IMG/VR virus record: IMGVR_UViG_3300045988_124184
Coordinates: 1 to 35,570 of that record
DNA length: 35,570 nt
Direction: 5' to 3' (one strand)
Source of the DNA: a virus
Shown in pieces: positions 21,200 to 30,721 of this stretch. The stretch's first letter is position 1; each line of letters starts with the position of its first letter. Position numbers and translations under genes: made by a program. Below the pieces are notes generated by a model that was not told where the DNA came from, searched no databases, and saw nothing but the letters and a program-made list of their open reading frames with translations.

Positions 21200-22475
21200 C
21201 TTAATCCATCAAGTAAAAAAAGCATATCAATCTGGATATCAGAGACCTTGTATTGTATTAGGATGCGGTGGAGGTAAGTCAGTTATCGTAGCAGATATGG
21301 CACGAAGAACAACCGATAATGGTAAACGTGTACTATTTTTAGTACATCGTCAAGAGTTGTGTGAACAGATAAAAAATACCTTTGTTTTGTCAGGTGTGAA
21401 TATGGATTTATGTCAAATTATGATGGTTCAAACAGCGACACGCAGACTAGCGAAATTAAAACGTCCTGATTTAATTATTACGGATGAAAACCATCATTGT
21501 TTGGCACAATCGTATCAACGGATTTACCACTATTTTGATAAAGTAAAATGTGTTGGTGTGACTGCAACACCTATAAGGTTAAATGGATCAGGTTTGGGAG
21601 ATATCAACGATACATTAGTAGTAGGTCCGTCTACGAAGTGGTTAATTAAAAATCGTTATCTAGCACCTTATGATTACTATGCGCCCAAATTAATAGACAC
21701 AGAACTGTTACATACACGTAATGGTGACTATAACGTAAACGAAATTACATTAAAACCTGCAATATATGGTGATGTAATTTTTCACTATAAAAAACTATCG
21801 AACGGTGGACAAGCTATTTGTTATTGTGCTACTGTTGCCCACAGTATTGAAATGTCTAAACAGTTTAATGCCAATGGTATTACTGCAGCTCATATTGACG
21901 GTACTACTCCAAAATTTGATAGAGAAATGATAATTGATAGATTTCGCACAGGAGATATCAAAATACTAACGAATGTAGATTTAATTTCAGAAGGGTTTGA
22001 TGTACCTGATTGTACAACATCTATTTTGTTACGACCAACTAAGTCGTTGACATTATTTATTCAACAATCTATGAGATGTATGCGATATAAACCAGATAAA
22101 AGAGCAATTATTATCGACCATGTAGGTAATTATACAAGATTTGGTTTACCTGACGACGACAGAGAGTGGAGCCTTGATTCAAAAGTAAATAAAAAAGGCA
22201 GGAAAGCAGATGTACCTATTCAAGATTGCCCTGAATGTTTTAGGGTTTTTCCTCCAATGAAAGTTTGTCCATATTGTGGATTTGAGTTTCCTAAAAAAGA
22301 GAGAACATTGAAAGAAATAAAAGAAACCGCGTTGGAAAAAATTACAACAATTGTTATGGATTATTCAACGCCGAATGATTGTCATAGTCTGAAAGAATTA
22401 CAAGTTTATGCAAAAAATCATAATTATAAACCGGGATGGGCTTACTACCAAGCCAAATTAAGGGGGTTTTTATAA
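21174..22475 (+). CDS. SF2 DEAD/DEAH-box helicase with a C-terminal zinc ribbon
   Basis: Motif I (GCGGGKS), motif II (DENH), TAT motif, and CPEC...CPYC near the C-terminus. Confidence 0.88.
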   Translation: MKLRPYQNNLIHQVKKAYQSGYQRPCIVLGCGGGKSVIVADMARRTTDNGKRVLFLVHRQELCEQIKNTFVLSGVNMDLCQIMMVQTATRRLAKLKRPDLIITDENHHCLAQSYQRIYHYFDKVKCVGVTATPIRLNGSGLGDINDTLVVGPSTKWLIKNRYLAPYDYYAPKLIDTELLHTRNGDYNVNEITLKPAIYGDVIFHYKKLSNGGQAICYCATVAHSIEMSKQFNANGITAAHIDGTTPKFDREMIIDRFRTGDIKILTNVDLISEGFDVPDCTTSILLRPTKSLTLFIQQSMRCMRYKPDKRAIIIDHVGNYTRFGLPDDDREWSLDSKVNKKGRKADVPIQDCPECFRVFPPMKVCPYCGFEFPKKERTLKEIKETALEKITTIVMDYSTPNDCHSLKELQVYAKNHNYKPGWAYYQAKLRGFL

Positions 22476-22829
22476 TTGAGAGAATCTGATCTACAAAATC
22501 AAATTAGGATAGAGCTATCAAAGTACGGTTTACCATTTAGGACGAACAGTGGTGAATTTTATCAAGGTACCAGAATTTTTTCAAAAGAATTTCAACAGGA
22601 TGTTTTAATTCATTTAAGACGCATTACAGGTTTACCAAAAGGATTTTCTGACTTACTTTTTGTAGGTGACAATACAGTAGCGTTTATAGAGTGTAAAAAA
22701 CCAGATGGTACCATTAGACCGGATCAAATTAGATTTTTAAAACAAATGCAACAATTAAATCATCATGTAGGTGTAGCACGTAATGTGAACGATGCACTAC
22801 AAATTATAAATGGAGGTATTTTATTATGA
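22476..22829 (+). CDS. VRR-NUC domain nuclease
   Basis: GFSDLLFVGDNTVAFIECKKPDGTIRPDQIRFLKQM fits the D...ExK VRR-NUC core. TTG start. Confidence 0.75.
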   Translation: MRESDLQNQIRIELSKYGLPFRTNSGEFYQGTRIFSKEFQQDVLIHLRRITGLPKGFSDLLFVGDNTVAFIECKKPDGTIRPDQIRFLKQMQQLNHHVGVARNVNDALQIINGGILL

Positions 22830-23347
22830 GTATAGCACTAGATTACAGCGATGTACAACAAGGAGGCGGACTGATTCCGGAGGGGGATTATGAGGTAATT
22901 ATTAAATCAGCTTATGAAGATGCGACTAAAGGAGGTACCCAGTATATTAATATACCTCTTATTGTACGTAATGATATTGAGCAGCCGTATAAAAATGCGT
23001 ATATTTGGCATTCTATTTGGAGAGCAAAAAATCCAACAGATAGAGACAAAACGTTTGGTGGTTATCTGTCATCTCAACTACTAAGAGTGTGTCAAGCGGT
23101 CGGAATTCCTTCAGATACAAGATTTGAAGATTTAACTGCATTGCTAGATACGTTATCAGGTAAATTATTGCGTGTAAAAGTAAAACATGACGAGTATAAC
23201 AATAATATAACTGCCAAAGTGCAATATATAAACGAAACACAAGTAAAAGAGTGTAACCATGTATTTAAATTCAAAGATAATGCTGCCGCTGTTGCACAGA
23301 CAGACGGTGCAACAGTGGAAGTTGAAGACGAAGATTTACCGTTTTAA
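22826..23347 (+). CDS. DUF669-family phage protein (ssDNA-binding-like)
   Basis: The N-terminal pattern (G..IPEGDYEV.I..A) matches, as does the usual AAA_24/helicase/primase gene neighbourhood. Confidence 0.65.
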   Translation: MSIALDYSDVQQGGGLIPEGDYEVIIKSAYEDATKGGTQYINIPLIVRNDIEQPYKNAYIWHSIWRAKNPTDRDKTFGGYLSSQLLRVCQAVGIPSDTRFEDLTALLDTLSGKLLRVKVKHDEYNNNITAKVQYINETQVKECNHVFKFKDNAAAVAQTDGATVEVEDEDLPF

Positions 23348-23349
23348 TT

Positions 23350-25623
23350 ATGGGGTACGAGTTAATACCGGCTGAACTAAAACAATTAAAACAATGGGTG
23401 TGTTGGCAAGCAGTACCGGATGAGAGCCGGCCGGGAAAAATGAAAAAAATGCCAATTAACGCTATTACAGGAGGTGGAGCACAAAGTAATAATCCGGATA
23501 CATGGTGTGATTTTGATACTGCTGTTAGTTGCTCGCAATATTATTCAGGTATTGGTTTTATGTTTGCCAATGGGTATTTTGGTGTGGATATAGACAATGT
23601 ACAAGATGATATTGAAGATTATAAAACAGGCGGCAATGAGAATATCATTGCCGAATTTATTCATAGCTTACAATCATATAGTGAGTATTCACAGAGTGGT
23701 AATGGTATTCATATTATTTGTAAAGGTAGACTACCTAAAACAGGAAGACGAAAAAAGAACGTTGAAATGTATTCAGAGGGCCGCTTTTTTATCATGACAG
23801 GGAATATATGCTCGGAATATGCTGACATTAATCATTGTACAGAAAAAATAAAATATTTGCATGAAAAATATATTGGTTCCGGGAATGCTCCTACTACAGG
23901 ACTTGTTAGTACGATACCACTTAATTTGTCAGAAGAAGAAGTACTGCAACTTGCTGAAAAATCAAAACAGGGAAAAGTATTTTCCGATTTATACGCCGGA
24001 AAATGGGACACTTATTTTACGTCACAATCGGAAGCGGATATGAGTTTTTGTAATATGCTTGCATTTTGGTGTAGGTGTGATGAAACTTTCATGGATAAGA
24101 TATTTCGTTCCTCTGGTTTAATGCGTGACAAATGGGATAGAAAACAAAATGGTAGTACATATGGAAAAATCACATTAAATAAAGCAGTAAAACAATGTAG
24201 CACTATCTATGAGCCTCAACAGAACTATATCGTATCGATAGGAACGAAAAAGCCAGAGCCAAAAAAAGTTTATACATTAGATGATACAGGGAATGCACAA
24301 CGTATGTATGACTTATTTGGAGAATCTATTAGATATAGTTATACAGATAAAACTTGGATGTATTATGATGGAAGACGATGGAAGATAGATGATACTGGCG
24401 AAACAAAGCGTATGATTGATGAAATGCTTGACTTTATGAAGTCTCCGGAACAAATAGTACTGTATTCAGAGGATGAGGATGTTTTAAAAGAGTACCGCAA
24501 ACATATAAAAACATCACGCAGTAGCAAAGCGAAAACCGCAGCGTTAAAGGAAGTTGAACATTTGGTTCCAATTTTACATTCAGAGTTAGATACACACATT
24601 TCTCTTTTTAATACTGTAAACGGAATTATTAATTTAAGGACGGGTGAATTATGTTCTCACGATCCGAATAAATTTATTACTAAAATAGGGCTGGCAGAAT
24701 TTACTGAAAAAATTGATTGTCCTATTTGGAATCAGTTTTTAAACGATATTTTTAATTGTGATAAAGAGCTTATACGATTTATACAAAAAGCAATTGGATA
24801 CTCTCTAACAGGCTCTACAGCAGAACAATGTGCCTTTTTTTGTTATGGTACCGGACGCAATGGTAAAAGTACTTTTTTAGATACAATTAGCCACATTATG
24901 GGGGATTATGCGGTGAATATTCAACCGGAAACTATCATGATAAAAAAGCAATCTGGTGGTGCTAATAGTGATATTGCCAGATTAAAAGGTGCCAGATTTG
25001 TCACAAGTGTTGAACCGAATGATGGCATGCGGCTAGATGAGGGCTTGTTGAAACAGTTGACAGGCGGCGACAGAGTAACTGCACGTAAATTATATGGCAA
25101 TGAATTTGAGTTTTCACCGGAGTTTAAATTATGGATGGGTACCAATCACAAACCCATTATCAGAGGTACAGACATCGGTATTTGGCGTAGGATTATGTTA
25201 ATCCCATTTACAGCTAAGATACCGGATGAAAAAATAGATAAAAATTTAAAATATAGGCTTAGACAAGAACTACCGGCTATCCTAAACTGGGCTGTAGAGG
25301 GGTGTTTAATGTGGTATCGAGAGGGGCTTAAAATGCCAAAATCAGTACAGCAGGCAACAAATATTTATAAATCCGAAATGGACGTTATTAGCTGTTTTTT
25401 AGATACTTGCTGCTATGATTATGGGGAGATTCAAGCAAGTCAGTTGTATCGCGCTTATAAAGAGTGGGCAAAAGAAAACGGCGAGTATGACGGTATGAGT
25501 AATACCAGATTTGGAAGAGAGATTTCAAATAAGTTCCCAAAAATTAGAAAAAAAGACGGTCAATATTATATTGGAGTATCTTTAAAAAATAGATATATAC
25601 CTTACAAGATTAACATTATGTAA
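23350..25623 (+). CDS. Bifunctional prim-pol / D5-P4 family primase-helicase (SF3)
   Basis: N-terminal prim-pol motifs (GVDIDN, SGNGIHI), D5_N-like middle region, and Walker A (GTGRNGKST). Confidence 0.92.
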   Translation: MGYELIPAELKQLKQWVCWQAVPDESRPGKMKKMPINAITGGGAQSNNPDTWCDFDTAVSCSQYYSGIGFMFANGYFGVDIDNVQDDIEDYKTGGNENIIAEFIHSLQSYSEYSQSGNGIHIICKGRLPKTGRRKKNVEMYSEGRFFIMTGNICSEYADINHCTEKIKYLHEKYIGSGNAPTTGLVSTIPLNLSEEEVLQLAEKSKQGKVFSDLYAGKWDTYFTSQSEADMSFCNMLAFWCRCDETFMDKIFRSSGLMRDKWDRKQNGSTYGKITLNKAVKQCSTIYEPQQNYIVSIGTKKPEPKKVYTLDDTGNAQRMYDLFGESIRYSYTDKTWMYYDGRRWKIDDTGETKRMIDEMLDFMKSPEQIVLYSEDEDVLKEYRKHIKTSRSSKAKTAALKEVEHLVPILHSELDTHISLFNTVNGIINLRTGELCSHDPNKFITKIGLAEFTEKIDCPIWNQFLNDIFNCDKELIRFIQKAIGYSLTGSTAEQCAFFCYGTGRNGKSTFLDTISHIMGDYAVNIQPETIMIKKQSGGANSDIARLKGARFVTSVEPNDGMRLDEGLLKQLTGGDRVTARKLYGNEFEFSPEFKLWMGTNHKPIIRGTDIGIWRRIMLIPFTAKIPDEKIDKNLKYRLRQELPAILNWAVEGCLMWYREGLKMPKSVQQATNIYKSEMDVISCFLDTCCYDYGEIQASQLYRAYKEWAKENGEYDGMSNTRFGREISNKFPKIRKKDGQYYIGVSLKNRYIPYKINIM

Positions 25624-25631
25624 TAAATTTA

Positions 25632-25736
25632 GTGTATGGATGTATCGTTTTAGTCGATTTCGTATAACTTCCTATATATAATATATTTTTTTTGAAACAC
25701 TCTTTATAAAAGTATATAAACTATACATCCATACAC
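25632..25736. repeat. 19-bp inverted repeat (18/19) bracketing a 67-bp AT-rich segment
   Basis: GTGTATGGATGTATCGTTT (25632-25650) pairs with AAACTATACATCCATACAC (25718-25736). The interior contains TTGAAA-17-TATAAA (25692-25720). Confidence 0.85.
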
Positions 25737-25753
25737 CGAGAAGGTGATGATAA

Positions 25754-26176
25754 ATGACATTAGGAGAAGAAGTTACTTGCTTTGTAAAAAGCCGTGGTAT
25801 GACACAAGAGGAGTTCGCTGCAAATGTCGGGATATGCGTAGGATATGCGAATGCAATTATTAACGGAAAGACACGTCCTAGTGAAAAATTGAAAAATAAA
25901 ATCTTAGGATTATGCAGACATGGGAAGGTAGAAGAGCACGAACAAAAGTATAACCGCTGCTATGGCTGCTTTTATCGTAGAGCTATGACAGGAGCAGGGG
26001 GCACTGTATATGCATGTCACTACATGATAGATACAGGTAAGAAAAGAGGCATTACACCGCAAGAGTGCTATAAGCATGAAGGCACGCCGTACAAGAAAAA
26101 GAAAAAAGGTATGACAGCGCGGAAGGGTGTTGATATGGTTCCGAAAGTTGGGGTGATGGCTAATGACTATAGGTGA
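25754..26176 (+). CDS. XRE-type HTH regulator with a Cys/His-rich C-terminal half
   Basis: HTH (MTQEEFAANVGICVGYANAIINGK) followed by C..H...CYGC...ACH...ECYKH. Confidence 0.75.
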   Translation: MTLGEEVTCFVKSRGMTQEEFAANVGICVGYANAIINGKTRPSEKLKNKILGLCRHGKVEEHEQKYNRCYGCFYRRAMTGAGGTVYACHYMIDTGKKRGITPQECYKHEGTPYKKKKKGMTARKGVDMVPKVGVMANDYR

Positions 26177-26354
26177 GCGAGCTCAAAAACTAATGGAAGA
26201 GAAGAATTGGAATCAAAACGATTTAGCAGAAAATTCAGGTGTGAGTATCACACAAATCAATAGATTGATTAACGGCGTTGGGTATCCCAGCCTTCGGACT
26301 TTAGAGCGAGTGGCAAAAGCGTTTGGAAAAGGACTTGTGATTGAGTTTATTTGA
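26163..26354 (+). CDS. Small XRE-type HTH regulator
   Basis: 63 aa; WNQNDLAENSGVSITQINRLINGV. Confidence 0.8.
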   Translation: MTIGERAQKLMEEKNWNQNDLAENSGVSITQINRLINGVGYPSLRTLERVAKAFGKGLVIEFI

Positions 26355-26371
26355 GGAGGTTTTATATAGGC

Positions 26372-26902
26372 ATGATTTTATCAGGAAAAGAAATAGAAAG
26401 AGAAGTACATAATAAAAATATCGTGATAAATCCGTTCAGCTCCAGTCAAGTAAACCCAAACAGCTATAACTTAACGCTGCATAATGAGTTATTGGTATAT
26501 GAAGATGACATACTGGATATGAGAAAGCCCAATCAGACCAAAAAACTTGTGATTCCACCAGAAGGATTATTACTAGAACCAAATAAGTTGTATTTGGGAA
26601 GAACAAAAGAATTTACAACTACCAGCAAATATGTACCTATGCTGGAAGGACGTTCTTCTACAGGCCGTTTGGGCTTGTGTATCCATGTAACCGCTGGTTT
26701 CGGAGATATTGGCTTTGCAGGTTACTGGACATTGGAAATTTATTGTATTCATCCACTCATTATTTATCCTGATATTGAAGTATGCCAAATTTACTACCAC
26801 ACCATAAAAGGCGACTACGACTTATATAGCAGTGGAAAGTATCAGAATAATAAAGGAATTCAAGCCAGTCTTATGTATAAAGATTTCGAGGTGATAGGAT
26901 GA
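26372..26902 (+). CDS. dcd: dCTP deaminase (dUTPase superfamily)
   Basis: MILSGKEI...INP....VNPNSY.L.L ... GRSSTGRLGLCIHVTAGFGDIGFAGYWTLEI parallels E. coli Dcd (GRSSLARLGL.VHVTA...DPGW.G...LE). Confidence 0.85.
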   Translation: MILSGKEIEREVHNKNIVINPFSSSQVNPNSYNLTLHNELLVYEDDILDMRKPNQTKKLVIPPEGLLLEPNKLYLGRTKEFTTTSKYVPMLEGRSSTGRLGLCIHVTAGFGDIGFAGYWTLEIYCIHPLIIYPDIEVCQIYYHTIKGDYDLYSSGKYQNNKGIQASLMYKDFEVIG

Positions 26903-27093
26903 AATTTTTCTGTGCTATGGTTTCCCTTATTTTCCTATCAACAATAATCATTTTAGTTTTAAATTTGCCGTTTATTACGGTTTTGCAGTACTGGTGGGCC
27001 TTTTTAACAGGGGCAGTTATTTCAGGCACGGTGTTAGTGTTTTGTGTTATTTCAGTTATAGTAGATATTGCAGAAAGGAAAAGAAGAAAATGA
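26899..27093 (+). CDS. Small membrane protein (2 TM helices)
   Basis: 64 aa, hydrophobic, ATGA-coupled at both ends. Confidence 0.55.
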   Translation: MKFFCAMVSLIFLSTIIILVLNLPFITVLQYWWAFLTGAVISGTVLVFCVISVIVDIAERKRRK

Positions 27094-27515
27094 CATACCA
27101 AGAAAAAGTAATTTTTTTGAAAAGATACAAACAGATGGATAAAGAAATTAAGCAGCTTTTGCTTGAGAAAAGCGAAATATTTTCCCTCGGCACAAAGGTA
27201 ACCCCCACGTACAGCGATATGCCTAAAGGCACGGGAGAAAGCGACAAAGTGCAGTCAACGGTAGAAAAATTAGAGGAAATGGAAAAAAGAATAGATAATA
27301 AAATTGACGAATGGTACGAGGCAAAGCTAGACATTGAAAAAGCCATCCATACGGTGGAGAGCGATACACTTAGATTGCTATTAAGATATCGGTACATAAA
27401 TGGGTGGACGTTTGAGCAAATAGCGGTACAAATGCACTATACTTGGAGACAAATCAACCGACTTCATAAGAAAGCAATAAATGTCATAGAATGTCATATA
27501 GATAGTATGGTATAG
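27090..27515 (+). CDS. Late-gene regulator, sigma-70 region-4-like (DUF1492/RinA-ArpU class)
   Basis: 141 aa from ATG 27090. The C-terminal LLLRYRYINGWTFEQIAVQMHYTWRQINRLHKKAI is a region-4 type HTH. It lies just upstream of terS. Confidence 0.7.
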   Translation: MTYQEKVIFLKRYKQMDKEIKQLLLEKSEIFSLGTKVTPTYSDMPKGTGESDKVQSTVEKLEEMEKRIDNKIDEWYEAKLDIEKAIHTVESDTLRLLLRYRYINGWTFEQIAVQMHYTWRQINRLHKKAINVIECHIDSMV

Positions 27516-27539
27516 TATAAACTGAGGATTAAGAGAAAT

Positions 27540-27574
27540 AAGGCTGTGCAGAAGCACGGTCTTATTGTTTTTTT
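27540..27574 (+). terminator. Hairpin terminator between the late regulator and terS
   Basis: 10-bp stem AAGGCTGTGC/GCACGGTCTT (two G-U pairs), loop AGAA, then ATTGTTTTTTT. Confidence 0.6.
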
Positions 27575-27599
27575 ACTATTTTTATATCGAGGTGGTGAG

Positions 27600-28127
27600 G
27601 TGCCTAAATTAACAGAAAAGCAGAAAAAATTTGTGGACGAGTATCTTATAGATTTAAATGCAACGCAAGCGGCCATTCGAGCAGGATACAGCGAAAAAAC
27701 AGCGCGCTCTATTGGACAGAGATTGTTGACAAATGTTGACATTCAAGGATATATGCAAGAAAAACAAAAGGAATTGCAAGAAAGGACGAGTATTCGTCAA
27801 GAGGATGTCCTAAAAGAGCTTGCAACTATAGGATTTGCTAAAATAACGGATTTTGTAGGTATCTATAATGGGCTTGTTATCCCGAAAGATACCGCAGATA
27901 TACCAAAGGATAAAATAGGAGCTGTTGCAAGTATCGAAGCCGGAAAAGATGGTGTAAAGATACGGCTTAACAGTAAGTTAGACGCATTGGAAAAGATAGG
28001 ACGGCACTTAGGTATGTTCGATAGTAATCGAGCGCAGGAAACCGCTGAAAACAACTTGATTGAAAAAATGAAGGACAGTGTACAGTTTATGGAAGGGATA
28101 GACGAAGATGAAGTATGCGGTGTTTAG
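27600..28127 (+). CDS. terS: Terminase small subunit
   Basis: GTG 27600 follows GAGGTGG. KLTEKQKKFVDEYLIDLNATQAAIRAGYSEKTARSIGQRLL is the Terminase_2 signature. Confidence 0.88.
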   Translation: MPKLTEKQKKFVDEYLIDLNATQAAIRAGYSEKTARSIGQRLLTNVDIQGYMQEKQKELQERTSIRQEDVLKELATIGFAKITDFVGIYNGLVIPKDTADIPKDKIGAVASIEAGKDGVKIRLNSKLDALEKIGRHLGMFDSNRAQETAENNLIEKMKDSVQFMEGIDEDEVCGV

Positions 28128-29370
28128 TCCGAGGTCATTGCTTACAATGACATGGTGGCAGACAGAAAGATATAAGGATAAGGACGCAATTATATGCGAT
28201 GGTTCTATACGTTCCAGTAAAACTGTGTCTATGTCAATTGGTTTTATTTTGTGGTCCTGTAGTTGCTTTAACGGAAAGACCTTTGCCATATGTGGAAAGA
28301 CAATTGAAAGTTTGCGGCGAAATGTTATAACGCAGTTGCCTACTTTATTTGAGGGGCTATGTAAAATCACAGAGAGAAAAAGCGAAAATTTGATGGTGGT
28401 TTCTCTTGATGGTAGGGTTAATAAATACTATTTATTTGGTGGTAAAGATGAAGGCTCAGCAGCTTTAATACAAGGTATGACATTAGCAGGCGTTATGTTT
28501 GATGAAGTTGCCTTGATGCCGCGCTCTTTTGTAGAACAAGCTTTGGCAAGATGTTCCGTGGAAGGGTCAAAATTTTGGTTTAACTGCAACCCCGACAGCC
28601 CGGAGCATTGGTTCTATAAAGAGTGGATACAAAAACACAAGAACAAAAACGCTTTATACTTGCACTTCACTATGGAAGATAACAACAGCTTATCTGAGAA
28701 GGTAAAAAAGCGTTATGAAAACATGTACTCAGGGGTTTTCTATGATAGATTTATCCGTGGTCTATGGGTTGTAGCAGAAGGATTGGTATATGACTTCTTC
28801 CAAAGCAAAAAGGAGACAATTGTAGAAACAGTTGATATGGATGACTATAGCGAGTTCTATGTCAGTATTGACTACGGTACGATTAATCCGTGTTCTATGG
28901 GATTATGGGGAGTTAACAGCGAGGGAGCCGCTCGCATAAGAGAAAGTTATTTTGACAGTAGAAAAGAAGGCAGGCAAAGAACGGATGAGGAACATTATCA
29001 AGCGTTAATTGAGTTGGTGGATGACGTACCAATTACAAGAGTTGTGGTTGACCCTTCTGCCGCTTCATTTATCGAGTGTATCCGTAGACATGGTGAATTC
29101 AGGGTAAAACCTGCGATTAACAGTGTTATTGACGGTATCCGCATTACAAGTTCGCTGCTTAACGCTGGCATGCTGAATATAGACCCTAGCTGTAAAGATT
29201 GCATACGCGAGTTCGGTCTATACAGATGGGATGAAAAGAAAACATCCGATACTGTGTTAAAGGAAAATGACCACGCTATGGACGAGGTACGTTATTTCTG
29301 TAACACAGTATTACGTAGAAAATTCAAATGGTTAGATTGGGGGAGTGATGTTGTTTCAGAAAACGATTGA
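28108..29370 (+). CDS. terL: Terminase large subunit (PBSX/Terminase_3 type)
   Basis: 420 aa with a Walker A-like segment (GSIRSSKT), a Walker B segment (MFDEV) and a C-terminal nuclease region. Confidence 0.9.
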   Translation: MKYAVFSPRSLLTMTWWQTERYKDKDAIICDGSIRSSKTVSMSIGFILWSCSCFNGKTFAICGKTIESLRRNVITQLPTLFEGLCKITERKSENLMVVSLDGRVNKYYLFGGKDEGSAALIQGMTLAGVMFDEVALMPRSFVEQALARCSVEGSKFWFNCNPDSPEHWFYKEWIQKHKNKNALYLHFTMEDNNSLSEKVKKRYENMYSGVFYDRFIRGLWVVAEGLVYDFFQSKKETIVETVDMDDYSEFYVSIDYGTINPCSMGLWGVNSEGAARIRESYFDSRKEGRQRTDEEHYQALIELVDDVPITRVVVDPSAASFIECIRRHGEFRVKPAINSVIDGIRITSSLLNAGMLNIDPSCKDCIREFGLYRWDEKKTSDTVLKENDHAMDEVRYFCNTVLRRKFKWLDWGSDVVSEND

Positions 29371-30715
29371 ATGGCTAAAGCAGATTGTCAAGACAGTGGC
29401 ACCTAAAAATAAAAGCTTTGATAATTCTATCTCAAGCAGTATGGAAAGTGCCATTACCAGATGGACTAAGCTATATAACAACCAAGCGGGTTGGCTTACA
29501 GATAAAGTGAAGAGTTTAAGCCTTCCTGCTGCCATAGCTTCAGAGTTTGCGCGTTTAGTAACACTGGAAATGAAAACAGAAATCACAGGTTCTAAGAGAG
29601 CAGACTATTTAAATGAGCAATACCAGAGAGTAATTGAAGGAATCCGACCCTATGTGGAGTATGCTTGCGCAAAGGGTGGAATTATCTTTAAGCCGTATGT
29701 AGCAGGTAACAGTATTATGATTGACTATAATCAAGCAGATACTTTTTTGCCGACTGCTTTTGATGGCACAGGGAGAATGACAGGATGTATTTTCTATACA
29801 CAGATTGTGCGTGATGGAAATATTTACACCAGGGTAGAAGAACACAGTTTGGTTGGTAACACATATACAGTAACGAATACAGCGTTTGTGAGCAAAGTTA
29901 AGGGAACTCTGGGAAAAGAGATTCCATTGAAATTGGTAGAAGAGTGGAAGCATATTCAGCCAAAGACAACGCTAAGCCCAATAGAGAAACCATTATTTGC
30001 GTACTTTAAAATACCACTTGCAAATACCGTTGATTCGGCTTCTCCGCTTGGTGTTTCAGTATACTCACGAGCGGAAAAACTGATAAAAGATGCTGACGAG
30101 CAATACAGCCGTCTGCTATGGGAATTTGAAGGTTCAGAACTTGCCATTGATGCAGCGATTGAGTATTTAGAGCCTACCAAAAAGGATTTGAAGTTGCCAA
30201 AAAACAGCGACAGACTTTTCAGAAGGCTTGATATTGATACTCCGGCAAACGGAAATGCTTTTTATCAGATATTCAGCCCACAAATTCGAGACCAATCGCT
30301 TGTAAATGGGTTAAACCGGATTTTTCAACGGATAGAATTTAACTGTAATCTTGCGTATGGAACAATTTCCGACCCGCAAGTGGTTGATAAAACAGCAGAA
30401 GAAATAAAAGCGAGTAAACAGCGTTCCTATGCTTCTGTTCTGGATATTCAAAAAGCATTGGAAAATGCATTGGAAGATTTAATCTATGCTATGGATGTCA
30501 TGTGTAGCATTTATTCTCTTGCTCCGAAAGGTGAGTATGAAACGTCTTACAGTTGGGATGACAGTTTGGTAACAGACCGTAAAGCGGAGTTTGCAGAGAA
30601 ATTCCAGTTGGTACAGGGTGAGATTTTGGGTGCAGATGAATTTAGAGCATGGTATACAGGCGAGGAACTTGAAACTGCTCGTCAAAATCTTCCACAAGTC
30701 CGAGTTGAGGAGTGA
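29348..30715 (+). CDS. Portal protein (SPP1 gp6-like)
   Basis: 455 aa, immediately after terL; size and order are typical. Confidence 0.85.
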   Translation: MLFQKTIEWLKQIVKTVAPKNKSFDNSISSSMESAITRWTKLYNNQAGWLTDKVKSLSLPAAIASEFARLVTLEMKTEITGSKRADYLNEQYQRVIEGIRPYVEYACAKGGIIFKPYVAGNSIMIDYNQADTFLPTAFDGTGRMTGCIFYTQIVRDGNIYTRVEEHSLVGNTYTVTNTAFVSKVKGTLGKEIPLKLVEEWKHIQPKTTLSPIEKPLFAYFKIPLANTVDSASPLGVSVYSRAEKLIKDADEQYSRLLWEFEGSELAIDAAIEYLEPTKKDLKLPKNSDRLFRRLDIDTPANGNAFYQIFSPQIRDQSLVNGLNRIFQRIEFNCNLAYGTISDPQVVDKTAEEIKASKQRSYASVLDIQKALENALEDLIYAMDVMCSIYSLAPKGEYETSYSWDDSLVTDRKAEFAEKFQLVQGEILGADEFRAWYTGEELETARQNLPQVRVEE

Positions 30716-30721
30716 TAACTT

